Of a DNA stretch of 36,273 nt, positions 1 through 6,285 are shown in pieces. The position numbers and the translations under genes were made by a program. The DNA is from a virus, in IMG/VR virus record IMGVR_UViG_3300042898_000958. One strand, 5' to 3'. How positions within the stretch are numbered: the first letter of the stretch is position 1; each line of letters begins with the position of its first letter. Under the pieces are notes generated by a model, which was given only the letters and a program-made list of their open reading frames with translations, was not told the DNA's origin and searched no databases.

Positions 1-127
1 GTAGAAATTACATCAAAATTGTTACACCAAACATCATCAAGTTTAGTACATTTTTCAATATGAAACCCATCAGATTCTCCTGTGATTTTGAATAATTCAA
101 CCAAATACCAATCTCCTTCTTTAATTT
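1..127. repeat. Direct terminal repeat, copy 1 (identical to 36147-36273)
   Basis: gtagaaattacatc...ccttctttaattt occurs base-for-base at both window ends. The unit length is 36146 bp. This is the usual signature of a circular or terminally redundant phage assembly. Confidence 0.9.
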
Positions 128-281
128 TTTCATCAGAAGTGATGTACATGTTAAACTTTTTTCTATGCATCCATTTTCTATCATTTTTATATGACTTATT
201 AGACTGGTAACATAATTGATTTGCATCATTATAAATTAACCTACTTGGTTTATCTGTTGGTAATACGTGTATGTTTTTCAT
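1..281 (-). CDS. Junction-spanning gene, N-terminal part. The full gene is 281->1 joined to 36146->35804 (207 aa); conserved phage protein of unknown function.
   Basis: The ATG at 281-279 overlaps the TGA of ninG (ATGA). The frame stays open to base 1 and is the same frame as ORF 35804..36250, whose TTG start (=104) is internal Leu60. N-terminus: MKNIHVLPTDKPSRLIYND...YITSDEKIKEGDWYL. Confidence 0.7.
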   Translation of the reverse strand, partial: MKNIHVLPTDKPSRLIYNDANQLCYQSNKSYKNDRKWMHRKKFNMYITSDEKIKEGDWYLVELFKITGESDGFHIEKCTKLDDVWCNNFDVIS

Positions 282-814
282 TTTGTTAGTTGTTTAATTT
301 TTGTTTGGTATGTTTTTTTTATTTCGATTAGTTCGTTTTTGGAGTACTTATATTTGCGTGTTTCATTTGCCAATTGTTCAAGTTGCTCAACAGCTTCAAG
401 TCCTATTTTAGCAATCAATCCTAAACGGTAGTTCAGTTCGTTACCACCTAAATAGCGGTTGCATTTTCCACATTGAATATTGGTGTTAAGTTCGTTAAAG
501 ATTACACCGCTATAAATTTCAGCTTTCTTAAAATGCCCACCATCCCACACGCTCGATGCTGTTACACCACAACTGATACACGGTTGGTTTTTATCTCGCA
601 TCCTTACCCACTTTTGAAACACATGCTTCGCTTCCGCTTCGTACTGACTTAAAGTCTTTACCTTTTCTTTCAACTCCTTAAAACCATCATCAATTACTTT
701 TTTACGTGCTAAATTTAACGCACAAGTATATGAACAAGCAACGGTAGTACTTTTGTTAGGTGAAAACTTTTCGCCACAATTACGGCACTTCTTAGGCTTT
801 ATCTTGCGTTCCAA
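278..814 (-). CDS. ninG: NinG/Rap-family recombination endonuclease
   Basis: CRNCGEKF...PCISCG...WDGGHF...FNELNTNIQCGKCNRYLGGN..YR..LIAKIG.EAV matches lambda NinG motifs (PCISCG, WDAGHY, RFNE.NIH.QC..CN, YR..LI.RIG). The only available start is TTG, with a 23-nt overlap on the upstream gene. Confidence 0.85.
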   Translation of the reverse strand: MERKIKPKKCRNCGEKFSPNKSTTVACSYTCALNLARKKVIDDGFKELKEKVKTLSQYEAEAKHVFQKWVRMRDKNQPCISCGVTASSVWDGGHFKKAEIYSGVIFNELNTNIQCGKCNRYLGGNELNYRLGLIAKIGLEAVEQLEQLANETRKYKYSKNELIEIKKTYQTKIKQLTK

Positions 815-1427
815 ATTGTGACACTAATTTTGAATAGTAAAAGTCACGTGCATCAATTACAAACTCTCCATTTTGGTAAGTCTTTTCAACCCACCCATCT
901 TCACGTTTTACGTTTACACTAATCATGCGTTTGTCTTTTGGAACTGGATAGGTTAAACCATTCTCATTCATTTTTTGCGTTTCGGTTAAATACGCTACTA
1001 TATTCCATGCATCCTTATTATAAAGAAACATATACATTTGAGCTTGGTGGTATTGGTCATTGTCAATACCTACATGAAGATAGTCTAACCACTTTTCAAG
1101 CGTTGTAGGGCATTTAAAATCAACCCCGTAATCTTCACACAAACAATCCGCACTACCTCCGAAATTATCTATACATTTAAACTCAGGCTTATGTATTGCT
1201 GAATTATCAATATTTTCGTGATAATACACATACGCTTCGGCTTCAAAATCTTTTCCGTGTTCTGTTTGCCAGCTACCTTGTTCATCGTAAAAACGAAAGT
1301 ACATTTGATTAGCCAGTTGTTTAGCGTAAGTTCTTTGCCCTACTTCGGCTGACTTTTTCGGATGTAAAACGGCACACTTTGAGCCTGTTATTAATCCATA
1401 TCTTTTGGGTGAAAATTCGGTAATCAT
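792..1427 (-). CDS. YqaJ-like PD-(D/E)XK recombination exonuclease
   Basis: ITGSK near the N-terminus, TEHGKDFEAEA, and GGSADCL..D.GVDFKCP (D...E.K core), as in YqaJ/lambda-exo family viral recombinases. Confidence 0.7.
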   Translation of the reverse strand: MITEFSPKRYGLITGSKCAVLHPKKSAEVGQRTYAKQLANQMYFRFYDEQGSWQTEHGKDFEAEAYVYYHENIDNSAIHKPEFKCIDNFGGSADCLCEDYGVDFKCPTTLEKWLDYLHVGIDNDQYHQAQMYMFLYNKDAWNIVAYLTETQKMNENGLTYPVPKDKRMISVNVKREDGWVEKTYQNGEFVIDARDFYYSKLVSQFGTQDKA

Positions 1428-1771
1428 TGTGCTTTTACTCTTAATGCATCGACAATATCACCTGCAACTTTTACTTTAGCTGAATAGATAATAAACTGTT
1501 TTCCTATCCATTCCTCTATGTAAGGAGTGTTAAAGTTCCTACTAAGTATTTTGCAGTTGGTTTTGTTTAGTATCATTGGCTTAGTTCCTTTGATTTTAGC
1601 TACTATACATTCACCATCTTTTCCATGTTGATCCTTTACTAACTCTTTACCAATAGCCTCAATAGTTAGTTTTACTTCTTGCCCAGGCTGCAAATCATGT
1701 GAGCCTAAGTAAAGCGGATTTGTAAGTTTTTTCCAGTGAGTAACTGGTTGCGTTGTTTGTTTGTTTTCCAT
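1424..1771 (-). CDS. Conserved phage protein of unknown function
   Basis: Open frame coupled (ATGA) to the exonuclease gene. The first ATG is at 1771 (MENKQTT...); the track start at 1795 is TTG. Confidence 0.6.
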   Translation of the reverse strand: MENKQTTQPVTHWKKLTNPLYLGSHDLQPGQEVKLTIEAIGKELVKDQHGKDGECIVAKIKGTKPMILNKTNCKILSRNFNTPYIEEWIGKQFIIYSAKVKVAGDIVDALRVKAQ

Positions 1772-1797
1772 ATTATTGTGTAATTGTGTTTTCAATA

Positions 1798-2184
1798 TTA
1801 AAATGAATTACGAGGCTTAAACTCTAGTTTAACCACTTTTTCATTCGATAGTTTTACAACACTTTCAATTTGGTTAAATACATTTCTAAATGACTTATTT
1901 GTTTTCCTCATGTCTTCACATGCATTTAACGAATTGATTGTTGTTGCGTGGTTAGTCCCTCCTGTTAGCTGAACAACCTTTAACATGCTATTGTGAGTAT
2001 AGTGGTATAGCATATAACGTGCAATGTGTTTTGCATCTGCAACATCTCGCTGTCTTCCGGGTGTCGTAATTGATTCTAAAGGAATATTTGTGTACAATGC
2101 TACGTTTGTCAAAATCGAAAATACTTCGTCTCTGTAAATGTTAGCATAACTTTTTGCTCTGTATACGTCAAATGTTGCTTTCAT
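1798..2184 (-). CDS. Standalone DnaA domain-IV-like DNA-binding protein
   Basis: GRQRDVADAKHIARYMLYHYTHNSMLKVVQLTGGTNHATTINSLNACEDM parallels the DnaA C-terminal R.R.VA.PRQ.AM.L...T..S...IG..FGGRDHTTV.HA..KI. There is no AAA+ part. Confidence 0.6.
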   Translation of the reverse strand: MKATFDVYRAKSYANIYRDEVFSILTNVALYTNIPLESITTPGRQRDVADAKHIARYMLYHYTHNSMLKVVQLTGGTNHATTINSLNACEDMRKTNKSFRNVFNQIESVVKLSNEKVVKLEFKPRNSF

Positions 2185-2500
2185 AAATGTACAAATTAAT
2201 TGGGTTAGAATTGTTTAAGTATTTGGTTATTATTGAACGAGTGATGGCTACTGAACATCGTGATTTATTTGATATGTTTAGTATGCTGTTATCTTTTAAA
2301 GTCATATAAAGATATAACACTTTAGCGATTGTTTTTAGCTCTTGGTAGCTTGGTTTTCTTTTGCAATCGTTACAAGTGCGGCTGTATTTTATCGGTGCGC
2401 CTTTAACGGGTATTAACCTCTTTACTTTGTCAAAGTGTATAACCGCAGATAGCTTAAGTCCGCAAACATTGCAATGTATGTATCTATCTAGCTTGCTCAT
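2168..2500 (-). CDS. Four-Cys zinc-ribbon protein
   Basis: CNVC...CNDC. The ATG at 2500 overlaps the TGA of the upstream 55-aa ORF (ATGA). The track start at 2518 is 6 codons further upstream. Confidence 0.55.
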   Translation of the reverse strand: MSKLDRYIHCNVCGLKLSAVIHFDKVKRLIPVKGAPIKYSRTCNDCKRKPSYQELKTIAKVLYLYMTLKDNSILNISNKSRCSVAITRSIITKYLNNSNPINLYIYESNI

Positions 2501-2664
2501 TGTGAATGATTGTAGCACTTGGCTGAATGTGTGAGGAGTTGTTTTTCTCTAACTTGTCTTTCGTGCTTAGGCTCTAAAAACTGTTTCGCTTGCCTTACTT
2601 TCATTAATAAATGTTCATTAAGGTGAAATGACCGACCTTGAATTTCTGTGATGTGTTGGTTCAT
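2497..2664 (-). CDS. Small ORF, 55 aa (below track cutoff)
   Basis: MNQHITEIQGRSFHLNEHLLMKVRQAKQFLEPKHERQVREKQLLTHSAKCYNHSQ. It fills the 2519-2684 gap, and its stop overlaps the next ATG (ATGA). Confidence 0.45.
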   Translation of the reverse strand: MNQHITEIQGRSFHLNEHLLMKVRQAKQFLEPKHERQVREKQLLTHSAKCYNHSQ

Positions 2665-2684
2665 AATGTGTTTAGTTTATTTGT

Positions 2685-2966
2685 TTATTTTGCTAATGCT
2701 TTGGCGCATTTTCTTAACCTCATAATGCGTTTAGCGTGAATGGTTTTTTGCTTAACAAAAGACTGTTCTGTATCAATCATATGTTGTTGTATCACTTCAT
2801 TTGTTGCATCTAATATCCTACGTTTCGTTTCGCTCTGATTACCTAATTCTTTAGCATCTTCCAAATCTTCAATACTGTTTAGTACTTGGTTCACATACGC
2901 CCGTGATACGCTGGCTATTGTAGCTATCTTACCTATGTCTTTGTGTTTTAAATAGTCCTTTATCAT
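2685..2966 (-). CDS. Helix-turn-helix DNA-binding protein
   Basis: IGKIATIASVSRAYVNQVL is a typical HTH near the N-terminus. Confidence 0.5.
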   Translation of the reverse strand: MIKDYLKHKDIGKIATIASVSRAYVNQVLNSIEDLEDAKELGNQSETKRRILDATNEVIQQHMIDTEQSFVKQKTIHAKRIMRLRKCAKALAK

Positions 2967-3184
2967 TGTATGTCCTTCTTTAGCTGATCAATAAATTCTT
3001 GTGGCAATCCTCGTAGTATTGCCTCGCTTATCAAACTTTCTTTTAACAAAAAACATGGCTCATCGTCAAACATCTTGCGAATGTAGTTCATGCTGTCTGA
3101 TTGAACTAGATTGTATTCTGATTGTGGTATGGCTATTAGTTCTGTCATGTTATCTTTTTTAAAACTGTTTTTTAAAATAAGCAT
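2963..3184 (-). CDS. Hypothetical protein
   Basis: Open frame, ATGA-coupled downstream. An alternative ATG at 3148 (MTELIAIPQ...) would remove the 26-nt overlap with the upstream gene. Confidence 0.5.
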   Translation of the reverse strand: MLILKNSFKKDNMTELIAIPQSEYNLVQSDSMNYIRKMFDDEPCFLLKESLISEAILRGLPQEFIDQLKKDIQ

Positions 3185-3404
3185 CTATTATTTCGGTTAT
3201 GTTTTCCTCTGTATACTCATAAGCATCTATTCGCCTTGTTGCTCCTGTTAATACGTCCGATATGTATTCGTTCATATCTTCATCTGCGCAAAACTTTACT
3301 AACTCATCAAATGATACAGATACTGTCTTTAATTCAGAACCTACATAACCTTCTATCTCAATCCATCCATCTGTGTGGCGTGTGTAATTTATGTCTTCTA
3401 TCAT
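3159..3404 (-). CDS. Hypothetical acidic protein
   Basis: 81-aa open frame with an ATG start, in the co-directional gene string. Confidence 0.5.
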   Translation of the reverse strand: MIEDINYTRHTDGWIEIEGYVGSELKTVSVSFDELVKFCADEDMNEYISDVLTGATRRIDAYEYTEENITEIIDAYFKKQF

Positions 3405-3439
3405 ATTTTAAATCTGTGTTTTGTTGTTAGTGGTAAGTG

Positions 3440-3565
3440 CTACTTCTTCTTTTTAAATTTTTTCATTAATTTCTTTATATCCCCTTTATTAAAGCCAATT
3501 ATCCAATTACCATTCTCATCCATAAAATGACTTACTGGAGTTATGTATTCTTTTTTCTTTTTCAT
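3440..3565 (-). CDS. Possible small basic ORF, 41 aa
   Basis: MKKKKEYITPVSHFMDENGNWIIGFNKGDIKKLMKKFKKKK fills the 3405-3584 gap. There is no other support. Confidence 0.25.
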   Translation of the reverse strand: MKKKKEYITPVSHFMDENGNWIIGFNKGDIKKLMKKFKKKK

Positions 3566-3584
3566 TTTCGTGTAATTTAAAGTT

Positions 3585-3809
3585 TTAGTTTTCAAAATAG
3601 CCTCCTGGAATTAAAGACACAAATCTGCTCATTGGTCTTGTTGTTCCTTCTTGTTCTTTCCCGTAAGCGTATTGGAATGCTCGTACACTACTAAACACTT
3701 GTTCTCCTTGTTCTCCGAATGAGCAAATAGTATTGCTTATTGTATCAAAAAAAGCAAAGTCGTTTTGTCCTTTGCAGATTTGGTTTTTTAAATTTAAGAA
3801 TATAATCAT
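3585..3809 (-). CDS. Hypothetical protein
   Basis: 74-aa ORF starting 20 nt downstream of tRNA-like gene 1. Confidence 0.45.
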   Translation of the reverse strand: MIIFLNLKNQICKGQNDFAFFDTISNTICSFGEQGEQVFSSVRAFQYAYGKEQEGTTRPMSRFVSLIPGGYFEN

Positions 3810-3829
3810 AATTTAGTTTTTTAATTTTG

Positions 3830-3941
3830 TAGTCAGGACAGGACTCGAACCTGTATGATGTAAACTTTGCAGGAAACCTAACATTTATGTTCAAGGCATT
3901 ACATCTTACCACATTAGCGTATACCATTCCGCCACCTGACT
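3830..3941 (-). tRNA. tRNA-like gene 1 (112 nt): acceptor, D and T arms canonical, anticodon domain non-canonical, anticodon not assignable
   Basis: AGTCAGG-TG-GCG-GAATGGTATA-CGC...62 nt...ACAGG-TTCGAGT-CCTGT-CCTGACT-A. It has a 7-bp acceptor stem, a GG D-loop, a TTCGA T-loop, discriminator A and no encoded CCA. Confidence 0.6.
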
Positions 3942-4041
3942 ATGTTGCTTGTCTTTCCAAGCTGTCAGATACTTCTATATCAATGAGGTAGATTGTTTTT
4001 AGTTCTGTCTGTGCTTTCTGGAACTCTACCAAAACCAAGTG

Positions 4042-4171
4042 TAGTCAGGACAGGATTCGAACCTGTACCGCTTTTATATCGGCTTCTTTTCGTGTGCGCA
4101 TTATAGTAAGTTTAATTTTAACCCTATTTTTTGCTATCCAATATACGTCTATCCATTTCCGCCACCTGACC
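4042..4171 (-). tRNA. tRNA-like gene 2 (130 nt): same acceptor/D/T parts as gene 1, different 78-nt central insert
   Basis: GGTCAGG-TG-GCG-GAAATGGATAGA-CGT...78 nt...ACAGG-TTCGAAT-CCTGT-CCTGACT-A. Pair 1:72 is G:U. Confidence 0.6.
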
Positions 4172-4230
4172 ATTTGAGAGCTCTATGTTTTTAATTTGAA
4201 TTTACTTGTGAATAAACCGCACTACTGCAA

Positions 4231-4249
4231 AACGTTATGTGCAAGGCTA
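4231..4249 (-). repeat. Post-stop element part A (19-mer identical to 30145-30163)
   Basis: The plus strand reads aacgttatgtgcaaggcta. In sense orientation this is TAG-CCTTGCACATAACGTT, directly after the stop codon of the 54-aa ORF. Confidence 0.85.
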
Positions 4250-4411
4250 CGATTTGAACTCCTCATAAACATCTCTCGCAGTGTAATATCCCATACAACA
4301 TAACCATCCCGTCATAAATTCACTCATTGTAAACTTGAACACATAACCAACCAATAGTTTTAATACTACCATTGTTATTATTGCTCCTACTGATCCCATT
4401 AAATATTTCAT
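4247..4411 (-). CDS. Small membrane protein, 54 aa (below track cutoff)
   Basis: MKYLMGSVGAIITMVVLKLLVGYVFKFTMSEFMTGWLCCMGYYTARDVYEEFKS has hydrophobic segments. It is preceded by the conserved start module AATTTAATTTGAAACGAAATG. Confidence 0.55.
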   Translation of the reverse strand: MKYLMGSVGAIITMVVLKLLVGYVFKFTMSEFMTGWLCCMGYYTARDVYEEFKS

Positions 4412-4417
4412 TTCGTT

Positions 4418-4429
4418 TCAAATTAAATT
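4418..4429 (-). promoter_or_regulatory. Early start-module 12-mer (sense AATTTAATTTGA)
   Basis: tcaaattaaatt is also present at 30366-30377 and 31212-31223, each time 7-10 nt upstream of an ATG. Confidence 0.4.
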
Positions 4430-4653
4430 TATAACATTCTAATATATGCCTCTTCAAGTTTCCATTCACAATGAGCAATAGCTTCTGCCTGCTTTTCTTC
4501 ATTACTATTATCATTGTACCAGTCGTATGCTTCGGAATCGTTTGTGGTTGTTTCAACTTCTACCCCATTTACAGTTCCACTAATGATGTATCTTCCATAA
4601 GATGATGTGTGAGATACTTTGATGTTTCCGATTGTGTTTGATGATGCTTTCAT
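4429..4653 (-). CDS. Hypothetical protein
   Basis: 74-aa ORF with a promoter-like TTG-N19-TACATTTG about 50 nt upstream. Confidence 0.55.
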   Translation of the reverse strand: MKASSNTIGNIKVSHTSSYGRYIISGTVNGVEVETTTNDSEAYDWYNDNSNEEKQAEAIAHCEWKLEEAYIRML

Positions 4654-4690
4654 TTTGCGTTTGTTTTAATTTGCTAGTGTTATTTTTAGT

Positions 4691-4700
4691 GTCATTTGAC
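4691..4700 (-). promoter_or_regulatory. Palindromic 10-mer GTCAAATGAC (operator-like)
   Basis: It lies just downstream of the predicted -7 box. The same 10-mer sits inside a 20-bp near-palindrome at 5360-5379. Confidence 0.3.
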
Positions 4701-4704
4701 AGTA

Positions 4705-4734
4705 CAAATGTAAACACATTATTGACAATAGCAA
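4705..4734 (-). promoter_or_regulatory. Candidate Bacteroidota-type promoter (TTG-N19-TACATTTG)
   Basis: In sense orientation: TTG at 4734-4732, a 19-nt spacer, and TACATTTG (=TAnnTTTG) at 4712-4705. Confidence 0.35.
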
Positions 4735-4794
4735 TACACCACCGAAAAAAAAGTTAAAATAATTTGTAACTACTTGATAATGAAAGGGAAAAAT

Positions 4795-5220
4795 TTACCT
4801 GAGTTTCATATACACAACCAGTAAACCACCTAAAACGAAGGCAAGAAAGATAAAATTACGAGCATCACGTATGCGCTCTATTGTGGTTTTATTGCAGGTA
4901 GGAATAAATATAGGAATCGAAACTTTTATTGTATCAATTCTAACAATAGTGTCGGAATCGTATTTGCCGCTTAAATAGATGCTATCATGCATTTTAATAT
5001 ACTTAATGGACAGCTTGCCTTGCTGAATAAATACGCTGTCTATAATCGTACTAAACACGCTATCTATTCGTGTGCTATCAATTACTATTGTATCATGTAT
5101 TACAATAGTTGTATCTGCTTTATCTTGTTTGCAAAACTTTTCTATTGCTTTGTTTTTTGTGTAGCAACCGCTTACTATTGATATAAGTAAGGCTATTGCC
5201 AGTGCGCTTTTTATTTGCAT
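4795..5220 (-). CDS. Candidate unimolecular spanin (N-terminal lipoprotein signal plus C-terminal TMD)
   Basis: Lipobox IVSGC at residues 15-19, a beta-rich middle, and a C-terminal FIFLAFVLGGLLVVYM followed by KLR. This is the same architecture as T1 gp11-type u-spanins. Confidence 0.5.
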   Translation of the reverse strand: MQIKSALAIALLISIVSGCYTKNKAIEKFCKQDKADTTIVIHDTIVIDSTRIDSVFSTIIDSVFIQQGKLSIKYIKMHDSIYLSGKYDSDTIVRIDTIKVSIPIFIPTCNKTTIERIRDARNFIFLAFVLGGLLVVYMKLR

Positions 5221-5359
5221 TTCTACTTTCTATTAATGTTCTTACAAGCCATAATAAGGCGTAGTGTTTGGTAAATTTAAGCGTATCTTTTCTGTTTAAT
5301 ACTATCATACTTTTTTTACAACTATTCCATTAATTGTTTTGCCTGTTTTTAGCGATTGA

Positions 5360-5379
5360 TGCAAGTCATTTGACCTGCA
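5360..5379. promoter_or_regulatory. 20-bp near-perfect palindrome TGCAGGTCAAATGACTTGCA
   Basis: 9-bp arms with one G:T position, in the non-coding region upstream of the spanin candidate. It shares GTCAAATGAC with 4691-4700. Confidence 0.3.
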
Positions 5380-5426
5380 TAATTTTATCAACTTTGCAAC
5401 GATAATACTATACATCATATAAATAA

Positions 5427-5465
5427 ACAAAAAAAAATAGTCCGAAAAAATTAATTATCGGACTA
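5427..5465 (-). terminator. Rho-independent terminator
   Basis: In sense orientation: TAGTCCGA-(12 nt)-TCGGACTA followed by TTTTTTTTTGTTT, about 50 nt after the last gene of the endolysin operon. Confidence 0.7.
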
Positions 5466-5516
5466 CCTAAACTACACAAATATGAAAAGGTGGCATCAAG
5501 TTTACCACACCACAAA

Positions 5517-5663
5517 TTAACGCCTTTTCTTTTTCCCTCGCAAGCCTTTTTTACAATCGTCTAAAATCTTTGCACATAACAGCCGTCTATCATGCTCCGC
5601 TTGTGCTACTGCTTGGTTGCGTTTAATTAGTTCTTCTTCGCTCTTTTCGTGAAAGTAGTTCAT
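5517..5663 (-). CDS. Small basic ORF, 48 aa (below track cutoff)
   Basis: MNYFHEKSEEELIKRNQAVAQAEHDRRLLCAKILDDCKKGLRGKKKRR. Its ATG overlaps the endolysin TGA (ATGA), and the terminator follows. Confidence 0.45.
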   Translation of the reverse strand: MNYFHEKSEEELIKRNQAVAQAEHDRRLLCAKILDDCKKGLRGKKKRR

Positions 5664-6067
5664 TTTACTACAAGTATTTGTTTGCGGTTTGAACCTAATT
5701 TAAAAGAAACGTGAACCCAAGTATAGTCATATTCATTTATTATTTGGTCAAATACCACATTATCTTTTAGCCAATCAAATAACTTTTTGTTTTCTGCTTT
5801 ACTCCCTGCACTAATATCAATAGCCTCACCCGTTACATGCTGACTCGTTCTACTGCCTTTTACAGCCTTGTTTAAAGCATGGCTACGATAGAATGAGTTA
5901 ACTCGAATAGGTTTGCCATACCATTTGCGCAACGGTTCAAAACATGCATTTGCAACAGCTTTCATTCGCTCAAATGTTTCAGCATCGGGAGTGTTGTTTA
6001 TTTTCATACGAATAGCAGTAGGGCTTACCGTTGCTTCCTCATAGCTTATGTGTTCGCTTATTTTCAT
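5660..6067 (-). CDS. Endolysin, peptidase M15 (VanY/L-Ala-D-Glu peptidase-like)
   Basis: VNSFYRSHALNKAVKGSRTSQHVTGEAIDI plus WVHVS matches the Zn-binding H..D...H pattern of M15 cell-wall peptidases. Confidence 0.85.
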   Translation of the reverse strand: MKISEHISYEEATVSPTAIRMKINNTPDAETFERMKAVANACFEPLRKWYGKPIRVNSFYRSHALNKAVKGSRTSQHVTGEAIDISAGSKAENKKLFDWLKDNVVFDQIINEYDYTWVHVSFKLGSNRKQILVVK

Positions 6068-6285
6068 ATTTGCCCTTCATAATGATTAGCCTCAACTTTA
6101 GTGTTCGTATAGGCTTTAAACAAAATTAAAAACGTAGTTATCCCCCACTTTAAAGTCGGGTCAATTTCAATTGGTAATGTTTGAAACTGCAACTCGATTA
6201 TCGGTATTGCAAACATGGCTATGTCTCCAATCTTACGCCACTTTGAAGGCGTTGGTTTTTTGTAGTTTTCTATTAATTTTTTCAT
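6064..6285 (-). CDS. Candidate holin (two hydrophobic segments)
   Basis: IGDIAMFAIPIIELQF and WGITTFLILFKAY. It is ATGA-coupled between a membrane protein gene and the endolysin gene. Confidence 0.4.
   Translation of the reverse strand: MKKLIENYKKPTPSKWRKIGDIAMFAIPIIELQFQTLPIEIDPTLKWGITTFLILFKAYTNTKVEANHYEGQI

Noticed and set aside
8-229. Track ORF of 73 aa at the window start
   Set aside because: It is in a different frame from, and fully overlaps, the junction-spanning gene (281->1 joined to 36146->35804). That gene has an ATGA-coupled ATG and continues the frame of ORF 35804..36250. This ORF has no support of its own.
3745-3927. Track ORF of 60 aa
   Set aside because: Most of it overlaps tRNA-like gene 1 (3830-3941) on the same strand. 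Its start codon lies inside the D-arm sequence.
3830-4171. tRNA-like sequences as attP fragments, tmRNA or YrlA-type Y RNA
   Set aside because: Both the 5' and 3' halves of each tRNA-like unit are present and no integrase exists, so these are not attP remnants. There is no G3:U70, no tag-peptide reading frame ending in a hydrophobic tail and no pseudoknot-scale length, so tmRNA is excluded. The RNA ends are in the acceptor stem rather than in a Ro-binding helix, which argues against YrlA.
4320-4556. Track ORF of 78 aa
   Set aside because: It overlaps ORF 4429..4653 and the better-supported 54-aa membrane ORF 4247..4411 in other frames. It has no start module and a low-complexity sequence.
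5120-5308. Track ORF of 62 aa
   Set aside because: It overlaps the start of the lipoprotein/spanin candidate in another frame and has an arbitrary basic composition.
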